A DNA stretch of 63,233 bases, filler included. It is 10 parts of 10 records of this genome, joined end to end, with 100 filler letters (N's around TTAATTAATTAA, not from the genome) between each part and the next. Parts side by side here need not be neighbours in the genome. Positions count along the whole stretch, not along the records: positions 8,777 to 32,989 come from SRR11831585_747; positions 33,090 to 38,948 come from SRR11831585_748; 8 more parts are not named here. One strand, written 5' to 3'. Of the stretch, positions 23,119 to 35,665 are shown one piece after another. Every line of letters begins with the position of its first letter. Position 1 is the first letter of the stretch. Under the pieces are notes generated by a model. That model was given only the letters and a program-made list of their open reading frames with translations. It was not told where the DNA came from and did no database searches. The position numbers and the translations under genes are program-made.

Positions 23119-23163
23119 TTCTTTCTCCTTTTTCAAAGCATAGCGGATTGTTTTCAAAGGGAG

Positions 23164-23233
23164 TGTAAATTTATCTATACAGAGGTAAGGGTTGAAAGCG
23201 CGACTAAATTGCCTGTGTAAATAAAAATGTACG
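23164..23233 (+). promoter_or_regulatory. TyrR boxes at the aroF promoter
   Basis: TGTAAATTTATCTATACA (23164) and TGTAAATAAAAATGTACG (23216) resemble TGTAAA-N6-TTTACA. Confidence 0.8.
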
Positions 23234-23327
23234 AAATATGGATTGAAAACTTTACTTTATGTGTTATCGTTACGTCATCCTCGCTGAGGATCAACTATCG
23301 CAAACGAGCATAAACAGGATCGCCATC

Positions 23328-24398
23328 ATGCAAAAAGACGCGCTGAATAACGTACATATTACCGACGAACAGGTTTTAATGACTCCGGAACAACTGAAGG
23401 CCGCTTTTCCATTGAGCCTGCAACAAGAAGCCCAGATTGCTGACTCGCGTAAAAGCATTTCAGATATTATCGCCGGGCGCGATCCTCGTCTGCTGGTAGT
23501 ATGTGGTCCTTGTTCCATTCATGATCCGGAAACTGCTCTGGAATATGCTCGTCGATTTAAAGCCCTTGCCGCAGAGGTCAGCGATAGCCTCTATCTGGTA
23601 ATGCGCGTCTATTTTGAAAAACCCCGTACCACTGTCGGCTGGAAAGGGTTAATTAACGATCCCCATATGGATGGCTCTTTTGATGTAGAAGCCGGGCTGC
23701 AGATCGCGCGTAAATTGCTGCTTGAGCTGGTGAATATGGGACTGCCACTGGCGACGGAAGCGTTAGATCCGAATAGCCCGCAATACCTGGGCGATCTGTT
23801 TAGCTGGTCAGCAATTGGTGCTCGTACAACGGAATCGCAAACTCACCGTGAAATGGCCTCCGGGCTTTCCATGCCGGTTGGTTTTAAAAACGGCACCGAC
23901 GGCAGTCTGGCAACAGCAATTAACGCTATGCGCGCCGCCGCCCAGCCGCACCGTTTTGTTGGCATTAACCAGGCAGGGCAGGTTGCGTTGCTACAAACTC
24001 AGGGGAATCCGGACGGCCATGTGATCCTGCGCGGTGGTAAAGCGCCGAACTATAGCCCTGCGGATGTTGCGCAATGTGAAAAAGAGATGGAACAGGCGGG
24101 ACTGCGCCCGTCTCTGATGGTAGATTGCAGCCACGGTAATTCCAATAAAGATTATCGCCGTCAGCCTGCGGTGGCAGAATCCGTGGTTGCTCAAATCAAA
24201 GATGGCAATCGCTCAATTATTGGTCTGATGATCGAAAGTAATATCCACGAGGGCAATCAGTCTTCCGAGCAACCGCGCAGTGAAATGAAATACGGTGTAT
24301 CCGTAACCGATGCCTGCATTAGCTGGGAAATGACCGATGCCTTGCTGCGTGAAATTCATCAGGATCTGAACGGGCAGCTGACGGCTCGCGTGGCTTAA
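23328..24398 (+). CDS. aroF: DAHP synthase, Tyr-sensitive
   Basis: [23 protein letters not shown]. Confidence 0.98.
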   Translation: MQKDALNNVHITDEQVLMTPEQLKAAFPLSLQQEAQIADSRKSISDIIAGRDPRLLVVCGPCSIHDPETALEYARRFKALAAEVSDSLYLVMRVYFEKPRTTVGWKGLINDPHMDGSFDVEAGLQIARKLLLELVNMGLPLATEALDPNSPQYLGDLFSWSAIGARTTESQTHREMASGLSMPVGFKNGTDGSLATAINAMRAAAQPHRFVGINQAGQVALLQTQGNPDGHVILRGGKAPNYSPADVAQCEKEMEQAGLRPSLMVDCSHGNSNKDYRRQPAVAESVVAQIKDGNRSIIGLMIESNIHEGNQSSEQPRSEMKYGVSVTDACISWEMTDALLREIHQDLNGQLTARVA

Positions 24399-24408
24399 GA
24401 GGTTTATT

Positions 24409-25530
24409 ATGGTTGCTGAATTGACCGCATTACGCGATCAAATTGATGAAGTCGATAAAGCGCTGCTGAATTTATTAGCGAAGCGTCTGGAACTGGTTGC
24501 TGAAGTGGGCGAGGTGAAAAGCCGCTTTGGACTGCCTATTTATGTTCCGGAGCGCGAGGCATCTATGTTGGCCTCGCGTCGTGCAGAGGCGGAAGCTCTG
24601 GGTGTACCGCCAGATCTGATTGAGGATGTTTTGCGTCGGGTGATGCGTGAATCTTACTCCAGTGAAAACGACAAAGGATTTAAAACACTTTGTCCGTCAC
24701 TGCGTCCGGTGGTTATCGTCGGCGGTGGCGGTCAGATGGGACGCCTGTTCGAGAAGATGCTGACCCTCTCGGGTTATCAGGTGCGGATTCTGGAGCAACA
24801 TGACTGGGATCGAGCGGCTGATATTGTTGCCGATGCCGGAATGGTGATTGTTAGTGTGCCAATCCACGTTACTGAGCAAGTTATTGGCAAATTACCGCCT
24901 TTACCGAAAGATTGTATTCTGGTCGATCTGGCATCAGTGAAAAATGGGCCATTACAGGCCATGCTGGTGGCGCATGATGGTCCGGTGCTGGGGCTACACC
25001 CGATGTTCGGTCCGGACAGCGGTAGCCTGGCAAAGCAAGTTGTGGTCTGGTGTGATGGACGTAAACCGGAAGCATACCAATGGTTTCTGGAGCAAATTCA
25101 GGTCTGGGGCGCTCGGCTGCATCGTATTAGCGCCGTCGAGCACGATCAGAATATGGCGTTTATTCAGGCACTGCGCCACTTTGCTACTTTTGCTTACGGG
25201 CTGCACCTGGCAGAAGAAAATGTTCAGCTTGAGCAACTTCTGGCGCTCTCTTCGCCGATTTACCGCCTTGAGCTGGCGATGGTCGGGCGACTGTTTGCTC
25301 AGGATCCGCAGCTTTATGCCGACATCATTATGTCGTCAGAGCGTAATCTGGCGTTAATCAAACGTTACTATAAGCGTTTCGGCGAGGCGATTGAGTTGCT
25401 GGAGCAGGGCGATAAGCAGGCGTTTATTGACAGTTTCCGCAAGGTGGAGCACTGGTTCGGCGATTACGCACAGCGTTTTCAGAGTGAAAGCCGCGTGTTA
25501 TTGCGTCAGGCGAATGACAATCGCCAGTAA
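24409..25530 (+). CDS. tyrA: Chorismate mutase/prephenate dehydrogenase
   Basis: N-terminal CM domain, GGGGQMG, HPMFGP. Confidence 0.98.
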   Translation: MVAELTALRDQIDEVDKALLNLLAKRLELVAEVGEVKSRFGLPIYVPEREASMLASRRAEAEALGVPPDLIEDVLRRVMRESYSSENDKGFKTLCPSLRPVVIVGGGGQMGRLFEKMLTLSGYQVRILEQHDWDRAADIVADAGMVIVSVPIHVTEQVIGKLPPLPKDCILVDLASVKNGPLQAMLVAHDGPVLGLHPMFGPDSGSLAKQVVVWCDGRKPEAYQWFLEQIQVWGARLHRISAVEHDQNMAFIQALRHFATFAYGLHLAEENVQLEQLLALSSPIYRLELAMVGRLFAQDPQLYADIIMSSERNLALIKRYYKRFGEAIELLEQGDKQAFIDSFRKVEHWFGDYAQRFQSESRVLLRQANDNRQ

Positions 25531-25537
25531 TAATCCA

Positions 25538-25570
25538 GTGCCGGATGATTCACATCATCCGGCACCTTTT
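25538..25570. terminator. Hairpin between convergent tyrA and pheA
   Basis: GTGCCGGATGA-ttcaca-TCATCCGGCAC-CTTTT. Confidence 0.75.
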
Positions 25571-25572
25571 CA

Positions 25573-26733
25573 TCAGGTTGGATCAACAGGCACTACGTTC
25601 TCACTTGGGTAACAGCCCAATACCTTCATTGAACGGGTGATTTCCCCTAACTCTTTCAATGCTTTTTGCATTTCCGCTGATTCAAGATTGGCCTGAATAT
25701 CCAGATAGAACATCTCTTCCCATGGATTACCGTGAATCGGGCGTGATTCCAGACGGGTCATAATCAGATTGTGGTTGCGCAGTACCAGCAACGCTTCAAC
25801 CAGCGCACCGGCTTGTTGCCCGGTCGCCATTAACAACGTGGTTTTCGCCGGAACCTGATCAGACACGTTAATGGCTTTACGCGCCAACACCACAAATCGG
25901 GTGAAGTTTTGTCGCTGATTTGCTTCAATACGCTCCAGTACCTGCAAACCGTACAAAGTGCCGCCAGCTTCGCTTCCCAACGCAGCAACATGCGGTGATT
26001 TTGCCTGTGCAACCTTTTCCATTGCCGCAGACGTACTTTCGGTATATTCAATCTTCCAGTGCGGATAACGATTAAGGAATTTGCTGCATTGCTGGAATGG
26101 CTGCGGATGGCTGTAGACCGTATTGATGGTGGATAAATCAGTAGTGCCGGAGACCAACAAACAATGGTCGATAGTTAACGTCATCTCGCCAACAATCGAC
26201 AAGCTGGTATGTTGCAGCAGATCGTAAACGTCGTTTATGGCACCGGAGCTGGTATTTTCAATCGGTACGACGGCATAGTCGGCCTGGCCGGTTTCCACCT
26301 GATTAAAAATATCGGCAAATTTGGCGCAGCCACTTTCAATGAATTGCTCAAAGTGACGGGCAGCATACTGGCGCGCCGCAAGATGGGAATAAGAACCTTT
26401 GGGGCCGAGAAAAGCGATGCGTGCTGAGTGCGGATTAATTTTATTGAGATGTTGTTGGAGCAAAGCCTGCTGAGTTAATACGGAATCTTCAATGATGAGC
26501 TGGAACAGGCGAGTAATGTAATGGGCGTCCAGATGGTGCGCTTTACCGAGCGTAATTAATCTTTCCAGCAAATCGCGTTCACGATCAATATCACGTACCG
26601 GGCGATGCGAGAGCAGTTTGGCTTTTCCCACCTCGACGGCCAGTTCGCGCCGTTCTGCCAGTAACGCTAATAATTTTTCATCCAGCGCGCTGATTTTCTC
26701 TCGCAGCGCCAGTAACGGGTTTTCCGATGTCAT
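25573..26733 (-). CDS. pheA: Chorismate mutase/prephenate dehydratase
   Basis: [24 protein letters not shown]. Confidence 0.98.
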
Positions 26734-26753
26734 AGTGTTGCCTTTTTGTTATC

Positions 26754-26785
26754 AATAAAAAAGGCCCCCCGATTTGGGAGGCCTT
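26754..26785 (-). terminator. pheA attenuator terminator
   Basis: Minus strand AAGGCCTCCCAAATCGGGGGGCCTTTTTT between pheL and pheA. Confidence 0.85.
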
Positions 26786-26831
26786 ATTGTTCGTCTTCGC
26801 ATTCTGTTTCACACGACGAAACGCCTCCCAT

Positions 26832-26879
26832 TCAGGGGAAGGTAAAAAAGAATGCGAAGAAAAACGGTATGTGTTTCAT
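26832..26879 (-). CDS. pheL: pheA leader peptide, 15 aa
   Basis: [15 protein letters not shown]. Confidence 0.97.
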
Positions 26880-26982
26880 GTTTGTTTCCTTAAGTGACTT
26901 TAGTACAGTACCCGTACTGTTTTCACGCTGTCAACAAAAAACGCGCCCGAAGGCGCGTTGGCGATACACTCAATATAAAGGA

Positions 26983-27378
<396 letters not shown>

Positions 27379-27594
27379 TCAAAATGTGTGATGAAAATCT
27401 CATAATTTTGTCACTTTTTGTCAACGAATCTTTTTTGTGAGAAATCGCAGGAAGAGATGTTTTTTTACTTGAGGAATATCTCAAAGCGAGCCATATTTGA
27501 TGAGATCGATAGCGACTAAATCGCTTCAGTTTCACAACTGACAGAATAAAAAAACGGCAGCTCAAGGGCTGCCGTTTTGTGTTTCAGGTTTCTG

Positions 27595-28332
27595 TTATGT
27601 ATTGCTGCTGTTTGCGGCGATGATTTTCGCTACTTTTTCAGCTTGCGCATTCATCTGCATCTGACGGTATGCATTTTCCATCAGCGGCAGCGCATCACGC
27701 GTAGCCTGGGTATCCGGGTAGTCGCGCAACATGCCTTCTACGCGGTTAACGACGGCAACCCATGCGCCACGTTCTGTATAGTACTCGGCCACGGAGTATT
27801 CATATTTCGCCAGACGATCTTTCAGGAATACCAGACGTTTGGTGGCATCGGTGGTGTACTGACTGTTCGGATAGCCGCGCACCAGTTTGGAAAAGTCACT
27901 AAACGCAGCTCGTGCATGTTGAGGATCGCGATCGCTACGATCGACGCCAAAGAACCCTTGCAGCGCACTGTCATCCAGCGCCATATTGGTCAGGCCACGC
28001 ATGTACATGACATAATCGATATTCGGATGGGTCGGGTTAAGGCGAATAAAACGATCGATGGCAGCCTGTGCTAACGGCAAATCGGCGTTTTTATAGTAGG
28101 CGTAGATGAGATCCAGCTGCACCTGCTGCGAATACGGACCAAACGGATAGCGATTATCTAACGCTTCCAGTTGCGTTATTGCCTGTCTCCAGTTACCGTC
28201 CTGCAGCTTTTGTTGTGCAGTCGCGTAAATTTCATTTGGCGGATTATCAGGTACTTCTTCCTTTGACCCCGAGCAACCCGCCAAAAACAGGCTTAGTGTG
28301 GCGGCTGCCACCAGATATTTCATGCGCGTCAT
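27595..28332 (-). CDS. bamD: Outer-membrane protein assembly lipoprotein BamD
   Basis: Lipobox LAGC; TPR-like repeats, YPFGPY. Confidence 0.98.
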
Positions 28333-28466
28333 GACGTTTTGACTTTCCTCAAAATGTAATACGGGAGATTCTCTGTTCCTGCTCCCGGTTAAGACCAGCT
28401 ACAATAGCACACTATATTAAACGGCAAAGCCGTAAAACCCCAACGATAAACGAAGAAGCAGTATAT

Positions 28467-29447
28467 ATGGCACAACGAGTACAGCTCACTGCAACGGTGT
28501 CCGAAAACCAACTCGGTCAACGCTTAGATCAGGCTTTGGCCGAAATGTTCCCGGATTATTCACGTTCGCGAATAAAAGAATGGATCCTCGACCAGCGAGT
28601 GCTGGTTAACGGCAAAGTTTGTGATAAGCCGAAAGAAAAAGTATTGGGTGGCGAGCAGGTTGCCATCAACGCTGAGATTGAAGAAGAAGCGCGTTTTGAA
28701 CCGCAGGATATCCCGCTGGATATCGTCTATGAAGATGAAGACATTATTATCATTAATAAACCGCGCGACCTGGTGGTACATCCTGGCGCGGGTAACCCGG
28801 ATGGCACGGTACTGAATGCGTTGCTTCATTACTATCCACCCATTGCCGATGTACCGCGTGCGGGCATCGTCCATCGTCTGGATAAAGACACCACTGGCCT
28901 GATGGTTGTGGCAAAAACCGTTCCGGCTCAGACGCGTTTAGTCGAATCTTTGCAACGGCGTGAAATTACTCGTGAGTATGAAGCGGTGGCGATTGGTCAT
29001 ATGACCGCAGGTGGCACGGTGGACGAGCCAATCAGTCGCCACCCGACCAAACGTACCCATATGGCGGTGCATCCGATGGGCAAACCAGCGGTGACTCACT
29101 ATCGCATCATGGAACACTTCCGTGTGCACACGCGTCTGCGGTTGCGTCTGGAAACTGGACGTACGCACCAGATCCGCGTGCATATGGCCCATATCACTCA
29201 TCCGCTGGTGGGCGATCCGGTTTATGGTGGCCGTCCGCGTCCGCCAAAAGGTGCTTCGGAAGCATTTATCTCCACGCTGCGTAAGTTTGACCGCCAGGCG
29301 CTACATGCAACCATGCTGCGTCTTTATCACCCGATCTCCGGCATCGAAATGGAATGGCATGCGCCTATTCCACAAGATATGGTGGAGCTGATTGAGGTGA
29401 TGCGCGCCGATTTCGAAGAACATAAGGATGAAGTGGACTGGTTATGA
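28467..29447 (+). CDS. rluD: 23S rRNA pseudouridine synthase D
   Basis: HRLDKDTTG and TGRTHQIRVH. Confidence 0.98.
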   Translation: MAQRVQLTATVSENQLGQRLDQALAEMFPDYSRSRIKEWILDQRVLVNGKVCDKPKEKVLGGEQVAINAEIEEEARFEPQDIPLDIVYEDEDIIIINKPRDLVVHPGAGNPDGTVLNALLHYYPPIADVPRAGIVHRLDKDTTGLMVVAKTVPAQTRLVESLQRREITREYEAVAIGHMTAGGTVDEPISRHPTKRTHMAVHPMGKPAVTHYRIMEHFRVHTRLRLRLETGRTHQIRVHMAHITHPLVGDPVYGGRPRPPKGASEAFISTLRKFDRQALHATMLRLYHPISGIEMEWHAPIPQDMVELIEVMRADFEEHKDEVDWL

Positions 29448-30174
29448 GTAAGCTGATTGTCCCGCAGTGGCCGCAGCCAAAAGGTGTTGCGGCCTGTAGC
29501 TCCACTCGTATCGGCGGCGTGAGCTTGCCCCCGTATGACTCACTCAACCTCGGTGCCCATTGTGGCGATAACCCGGATCACGTTGAGGAGAATCGCAAGC
29601 GACTTTTTGCTGCGGGCAATTTGCCTTCTAAACCGGTCTGGCTTGAGCAGGTACACGGCAAAGATGTGCTTAAGCTCACTGGCGAACCTTATGCCTCAAA
29701 ACGGGCGGATGCCTCTTATAGCAATACGCCCGGCACGGTTTGCGCAGTGATGACTGCCGACTGCCTCCCTGTGCTGTTTTGCAATCGAGCGGGAACGGAA
29801 GTCGCCGCCGCTCATGCTGGCTGGCGTGGACTGTGCGCAGGCGTGCTGGAAGAGACGGTTTCCTGTTTTGCTGATAATCCGGAAAATATTCTCGCCTGGT
29901 TAGGGCCGGCAATTGGTCCACGCGCGTTCGAAGTGGGGGGGGAGTTCGCGAGGCGTTTATGGCAGTAGACGCTAAAGCAAGTGCAGCTTTCATTCAGCAT
30001 GGTGATAAGTATCTGGCGGATATTTATCAGCTTGCCCGGCAGCGTCTGGCGAACGTGGGTGTTGAGCAAATTTTCGGCGGCGACCGTTGTACATATACGG
30101 AAAATGAGACTTTCTTCTCTTATCGTCGCGACAAGACCACCGGTCGTATGGCAAGTTTCATTTGGCTGATATAA
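29444..30174 (+). pseudogene. pgeF: PgeF/YfiH, frameshifted at ~29944 (probably a sequencing error)
   Basis: N-terminal half (TADCLPV, HAGWRG) and C-terminal half (FFSYRR...GRMASFIWLI) lie in different frames, joined just after a G8 run. Confidence 0.85.
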
Positions 30175-30236
30175 CCTAAAGAATCAAGACGATCCGGTAC
30201 GCGTGATTTTCTTTTCACATTAATCTGGTCAATAAC

Positions 30237-30264
30237 CTTGAATAATTGAGGGATGACCTCATTT
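30237..30264 (+). promoter_or_regulatory. Sigma32 promoter of clpB
   Basis: CTTGAA ... CCTCATTT. Confidence 0.7.
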
Positions 30265-30303
30265 AATCTCCAGTAGCAACTTTGATCCGTTATGGGAGGA
30301 GTT

Positions 30304-32877
30304 ATGCGTCTGGATCGTCTTACTAATAAATTCCAGCTTGCTCTTGCCGATGCCCAATCACTTGCACTCGGGCACGACAACCAATTTATCGAACCACTTC
30401 ATTTAATGAGCGCCCTGCTGAATCAGGAAGGGGGTTCGGTTAGTCCTTTATTAACATCCGCTGGCATAAATGCTGGCCAGTTGCGCACAGATATCAATCA
30501 GGCATTAAATCGTTTACCGCAGGTTGAAGGTACTGGTGGTGATGTCCAGCCATCACAGGATCTGGTGCGCGTTCTTAATCTTTGCGACAAGCTGGCGCAA
30601 AAACGTGGTGATAACTTTATCTCGTCAGAACTGTTCGTTCTGGCGGCACTTGAGTCTCGCGGCACGCTGGCCGACATCCTGAAAGCAGCAGGGGCGACCA
30701 CCGCCAACATTACTCAAGCGATTGAACAAATGCGTGGAGGTGAAAGCGTGAACGATCAAGGTGCTGAAGACCAACGTCAGGCTTTGAAAAAATATACCAT
30801 CGACCTTACCGAACGAGCCGAACAGGGCAAACTCGATCCGGTGATTGGTCGTGATGAAGAAATTCGCCGTACCATTCAGGTGCTGCAACGTCGTACTAAA
30901 AATAACCCGGTACTGATTGGTGAACCCGGCGTCGGTAAAACTGCCATCGTTGAAGGTCTGGCGCAGCGTATTATCAACGGCGAAGTGCCGGAAGGGTTGA
31001 AAGGCCGCCGGGTACTGGCGCTGGATATGGGCGCGCTGGTGGCTGGGGCGAAATATCGCGGTGAGTTTGAAGAACGTTTAAAAGGCGTGCTTAACGATCT
31101 TGCCAAACAGGAAGGCAACGTCATCCTATTTATCGACGAATTACATACCATGGTCGGCGCGGGTAAAGCCGATGGCGCAATGGACGCCGGAAACATGCTG
31201 AAACCGGCGCTGGCGCGTGGTGAATTGCACTGCGTAGGTGCCACGACGCTTGACGAATATCGCCAGTACATTGAAAAAGATGCTGCGCTGGAACGTCGTT
31301 TCCAGAAAGTGTTTGTTGCCGAGCCTTCTGTTGAAGATACCATTGCGATTCTGCGTGGCCTGAAAGAACGTTACGAATTGCACCACCATGTGCAAATTAC
31401 TGACCCGGCAATTGTTGCAGCGGCGACGTTGTCTCATCGCTACATTGCTGACCGTCAGCTGCCGGATAAAGCCATCGACCTGATTGATGAAGCAGCATCC
31501 AGCATTCGTATGCAGATTGACTCAAAACCAGAAGAACTCGACCGACTCGATCGTCGTATCATCCAGCTCAAACTGGAACAACAGGCGTTAATGAAAGAGT
31601 CTGATGAAGCCAGTAAAAAACGTCTGGATATGCTCAACGAAGAACTGAGCGACAAAGAACGTCAGTACTCCGAGTTAGAAGAAGAGTGGAAAGCAGAGAA
31701 GGCATCGCTTTCTGGTACGCAGACCATTAAAGCGGAACTGGAACAGGCGAAAATCGCTATTGAACAGGCTCGCCGTGTGGGGGACCTGGCGCGGATGTCT
31801 GAACTGCAATACGGCAAAATCCCGGAACTGGAAAAGCAACTGGAAGCCGCAACGCAGCTCGAAGGCAAAACTATGCGTCTGTTGCGTAATAAAGTGACCG
31901 ACGCCGAAATTGCTGAAGTGCTGGCGCGTTGGACGGGGATTCCGGTTTCTCGCATGATGGAAAGCGAGCGCGAAAAACTGCTGCGTATGGAGCAAGAACT
32001 GCACCATCGCGTAATTGGTCAGAACGAAGCGGTTGATGCGGTATCTAACGCTATTCGTCGTAGCCGTGCGGGGCTGGCGGATCCAAATCGCCCGATTGGT
32101 TCATTCCTGTTCCTCGGCCCAACTGGTGTGGGGAAAACAGAGCTTTGTAAGGCGCTGGCGAACTTTATGTTTGATAGCGACGAGGCGATGGTCCGTATCG
32201 ATATGTCCGAGTTTATGGAGAAACACTCGGTGTCTCGTTTGGTTGGTGCGCCTCCGGGATATGTCGGTTATGAAGAAGGTGGCTACCTGACCGAAGCGGT
32301 GCGTCGTCGTCCGTATTCCGTCATCCTGCTGGATGAAGTGGAAAAAGCGCATCCGGATGTCTTCAACATTCTGTTGCAGGTACTGGATGATGGGCGTCTG
32401 ACTGACGGGCAAGGGAGAACGGTCGACTTCCGTAATACGGTCGTCATTATGACCTCTAACCTCGGTTCCGATCTGATTCAGGAACGCTTCGGTGAACTGG
32501 ATTATGCGCACATGAAAGAGCTGGTGCTCGGTGTGGTAAGCCATAACTTCCGTCCGGAATTCATTAACCGTATCGATGAAGTGGTGGTCTTCCATCCGCT
32601 GGGTGAACAGCACATTGCCTCGATTGCGCAGATTCAGTTGAAACGTCTGTACAAACGTCTGGAAGAACGTGGTTATGAAATCCACATTTCTGACGAGGCG
32701 CTGAAACTGCTGAGCGAGAACGGTTACGATCCGGTCTATGGTGCACGTCCTCTGAAACGTGCAATTCAGCAGCAGATCGAAAACCCGCTGGCACAGCAAA
32801 TACTGTCTGGTGAATTGGTTCCGGGTAAAGTGATTCGCCTGGAAGTTAATGAAGACCGGATTGTCGCCGTCCAGTAA
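30304..32877 (+). CDS. clpB: ClpB disaggregase
   Basis: Two AAA modules ([16 protein letters not shown]); MRLDRLT start. Confidence 0.99.
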
Positions 32878-32883
32878 ATGATA

Positions 32884-32909
32884 AAACGAGCCCTTCGGGG
32901 CTCGTTTTT
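32884..32909 (+). terminator. Terminator after clpB
   Basis: AAAACGAGCCC-TTCG-GGGCTCGTTTTT. Confidence 0.9.
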
Positions 32910-32989
32910 GTCTATAAGTTAGACGGAAAAGACTATATTTAAGATGTTTTGCCTGAAAAGTGAGCGAACGATAAAGTTTTTATATTTTT

Positions 32990-33089
32990 NNNNNNNNNNN
33001 NNNNNNNNNNNNNNNNNNNNNNNNNNNNNNNNNTTAATTAATTAANNNNNNNNNNNNNNNNNNNNNNNNNNNNNNNNNNNNNNNNNNNN
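32990..33089. other. Artificial contig linker 3
   Basis: 44N-TTAATTAATTAA-44N. Confidence 0.99.
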
Positions 33090-33142
33090 TTTTTGTGCGC
33101 TTTAATGCGGTCGCTGAGCGTGTCCAGTTTCAGTGTGGTCAT
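33090..33142 (-). CDS. ybiW: 5' fragment of glycyl radical enzyme YbiW
   Basis: MTTLKLDTLSDRIKAHK directly after ybiY; truncated by the contig end. Confidence 0.8.
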
Positions 33143-33147
33143 GGTTG

Positions 33148-34047
33148 TTATCCTCGTAAGGTCGCGGTTAACCCTTTCTGGCAGGCATACTGCTGGGCAA
33201 AGTCGAGCAGTTCTGGCGCATCAAGCGGTTTTTCCGGGGCGTCATAGGGCAGATTAAGTAAGTGATATTTGTTGATGCCCAGCGTGTGGTAGGGCAGAAA
33301 ATGAATTTCGCCAACGTGCAGCTCGTCGGCGGCAAAATCGGTAATGGCTTTTACAGAGGTTTCGTCGGCATTAAAGCCCTGAATCAGCGGCACGCGGATA
33401 ATGATTTTTTTGCCCGCTGCGGCGAGTTTTTTCAGGTTATCCAGCACTCTGGCGGCGTTACCGTCGGTCCACTGTTTAAACGGCGCGTCGGCAACGTGTT
33501 TTAAATCGGCAAGAAACAGATCGATATAGGGCAGAGAAGGGGCGATATATTTCCACGGCACATGCAGACAGGTTTCTACCGCAGTATGAATGCCTGCCTC
33601 GTGGCTGGCTTGCAGTAGCGCCATCGCCATTTCCGGCTGCATAAAGGGCTCACCACCCGAAAGCGTTAAACCGCCGCCGCTGCGATCGTAAAACGGTTTA
33701 TCGCGCAGAACGGTCGTCATGATCTCCTCAACGCTTTTCACTTCACCACACACGGTTAATGCCTGTGTCGGACAGCAGTCGGTTAACGCCGTCAGATGCT
33801 CCGGGGTTAACTTTTCCCGATGAATAAGCAAACCATTCAGCGCGCGCTCAATCACTTCCGGCGCGGCCTTAGCGCACAGCTCGCAGCCTTCCAGACACAG
33901 TCGTGCGTCATACAGCAGATCCTGCGTGCGGGCGCGGCTTTCCGGGTTCTGACACCAGCGGCAGCCCAGCGAACAGCCTTTAAGAAATACGACCGTGCGG
34001 ATACCGGGGCCATCATGGGTCGAGTAGCGCTGAATATTGAAAATCAT
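33148..34047 (-). CDS. ybiY: Glycyl-radical activating radical-SAM enzyme
   Basis: HDGPGIRT, CxxxCxxCxNPES, SGGEP. Confidence 0.95.
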
Positions 34048-34177
34048 AGTTGCCTCTCTATTTCGTTCAAGCATTAAAATACTTTCGAATGAAAGTTAGA
34101 TTGATGTGCGTCAACTGTTCAGAGAGTTTTCCCGTGATAGTCTACATTCAGACAAAAAGTACATTTTGAGGATGGTT

Positions 34178-34840
34178 ATGGAACTGTATCTGGATACTTC
34201 AGACGTTGTTGCGGTGAAGGCGCTGTCACGTATTTTTCCGCTGGCGGGTGTGACCACTAACCCAAGCATTATCGCCGCGGGTAAAAAACCGCTGGATGTT
34301 GTGCTTCCGCAACTTCATGAAGCGATGGGCGGTCAGGGGCGTCTGTTTGCCCAGGTAATGGCTACCACTGCCGAAGGGATGGTTAATGACGCGCTTAAGC
34401 TGCGTTCTATTATTGCGGATATCGTGGTGAAAGTTCCGGTGACCGCCGAGGGGCTGGCAGCTATTAAGATGTTAAAAGCGGAAGGGATTCCGACGCTGGG
34501 AACCGCGGTATATGGCGCAGCACAAGGGCTGCTGTCGGCGCTGGCAGGTGCGGAATATGTTGCGCCTTACGTTAATCGTATTGATGCTCAGGGCGGTAGC
34601 GGCATTCAGACTGTGACCGACTTACACCAGTTATTGAAAATGCATGCGCCGCAGGCGAAAGTGCTGGCAGCGAGTTTCAAAACCCCGCGTCAGGCGCTGG
34701 ACTGCTTACTGGCAGGATGTGAATCAATTACTCTGCCACTGGATGTGGCACAACAGATGATTAGCTATCCGGCGGTTGATGCCGCTGTGGCGAAGTTTGA
34801 GCAGGACTGGCAGGGAGCGTTTGGCAGAACGTCGATTTAA
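34178..34840 (+). CDS. fsaA: Fructose-6-phosphate aldolase A
   Basis: MELYLDT and GVTTNPSI. Confidence 0.97.
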   Translation: MELYLDTSDVVAVKALSRIFPLAGVTTNPSIIAAGKKPLDVVLPQLHEAMGGQGRLFAQVMATTAEGMVNDALKLRSIIADIVVKVPVTAEGLAAIKMLKAEGIPTLGTAVYGAAQGLLSALAGAEYVAPYVNRIDAQGGSGIQTVTDLHQLLKMHAPQAKVLAASFKTPRQALDCLLAGCESITLPLDVAQQMISYPAVDAAVAKFEQDWQGAFGRTSI

Positions 34841-34915
34841 CCGGACGTTCTGCATCCTCATAAATTGCTGATGACGTGGCGGAGTGCCGCGTCTTATCAG
34901 GCCTGGAGGTGGCAA

Positions 34916-35665
34916 TTACTGCCCACACACCTCACACCCCGGATTACGCATCAGTTTCATTTCGCGAAACTGACAGGTCATCGCATCGTACATGACGATT
35001 TTCCCGCTGGCCGGTTTGCCATAACCTGCCAGCATTTTGATCGCTTCCATTGCCTGCAACGAACCAATTACGCCGATCAACGGTGCCATTACGCCTGCTT
35101 CCACGCAGGTTAATGCATTTTCACCAAACAAACGGCTAAGGCAGCGATAGCACGGTTCACCGTCCTGATAAGTAAAGACGGTGATTTGACCTTCCATACG
35201 AATTGCCGCGCCGGAAACCAGCGGTACCTTCGCGGCAAAACAGCCTGCGTTCAGTTGATTACGTACCGCAACGTTATCCGTACAGTCGAGCACCAGATCG
35301 TGTTCAGCAATCAATGCTGCAAGTTCTGCGTCATCCAGCAGTGCATTGACTGGCGTAATCGCGATATGTGGGTTGATCCGCGTCAGGGCGTCACGGGCGG
35401 ATTCCACCTTCGGTTGCCCGACCGTGGCATCACTGTGCAGTGTCTGGCGTTGCAGATTCGAGAGCGAAACCGTGTCGAAGTCGAGCAGCGTCAGGTTACC
35501 GACACCGGCGCTTGCCAGATACTGCGAGGCTGCACAGCCGAGGCCGCCCAGGCCCACTATCAGCACGCGAGAATCTTTCAGCGCCTCCTGGCCGTCAAAA
35601 TCAAAGCCGCGCAGAATGATTTGCCGGTTGTAGCGCAGCATCTCCTGATCGCTGAGTTCCGCCAT
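34916..35665 (-). CDS. moeB: Molybdopterin-synthase adenylyltransferase
   Basis: GLGGLG, SNLQRQ, two CxxC motifs. Confidence 0.98.
   Translation of the reverse strand: MAELSDQEMLRYNRQIILRGFDFDGQEALKDSRVLIVGLGGLGCAASQYLASAGVGNLTLLDFDTVSLSNLQRQTLHSDATVGQPKVESARDALTRINPHIAITPVNALLDDAELAALIAEHDLVLDCTDNVAVRNQLNAGCFAAKVPLVSGAAIRMEGQITVFTYQDGEPCYRCLSRLFGENALTCVEAGVMAPLIGVIGSLQAMEAIKMLAGYGKPASGKIVMYDAMTCQFREMKLMRNPGCEVCGQ

Noticed and set aside
33090..34840. Glycyl radical enzyme, activase and aldolase cluster as a new pathway
   Set aside because: This is the standard ybiW-ybiY-fsaA locus of E. coli, and ybiW is truncated here.
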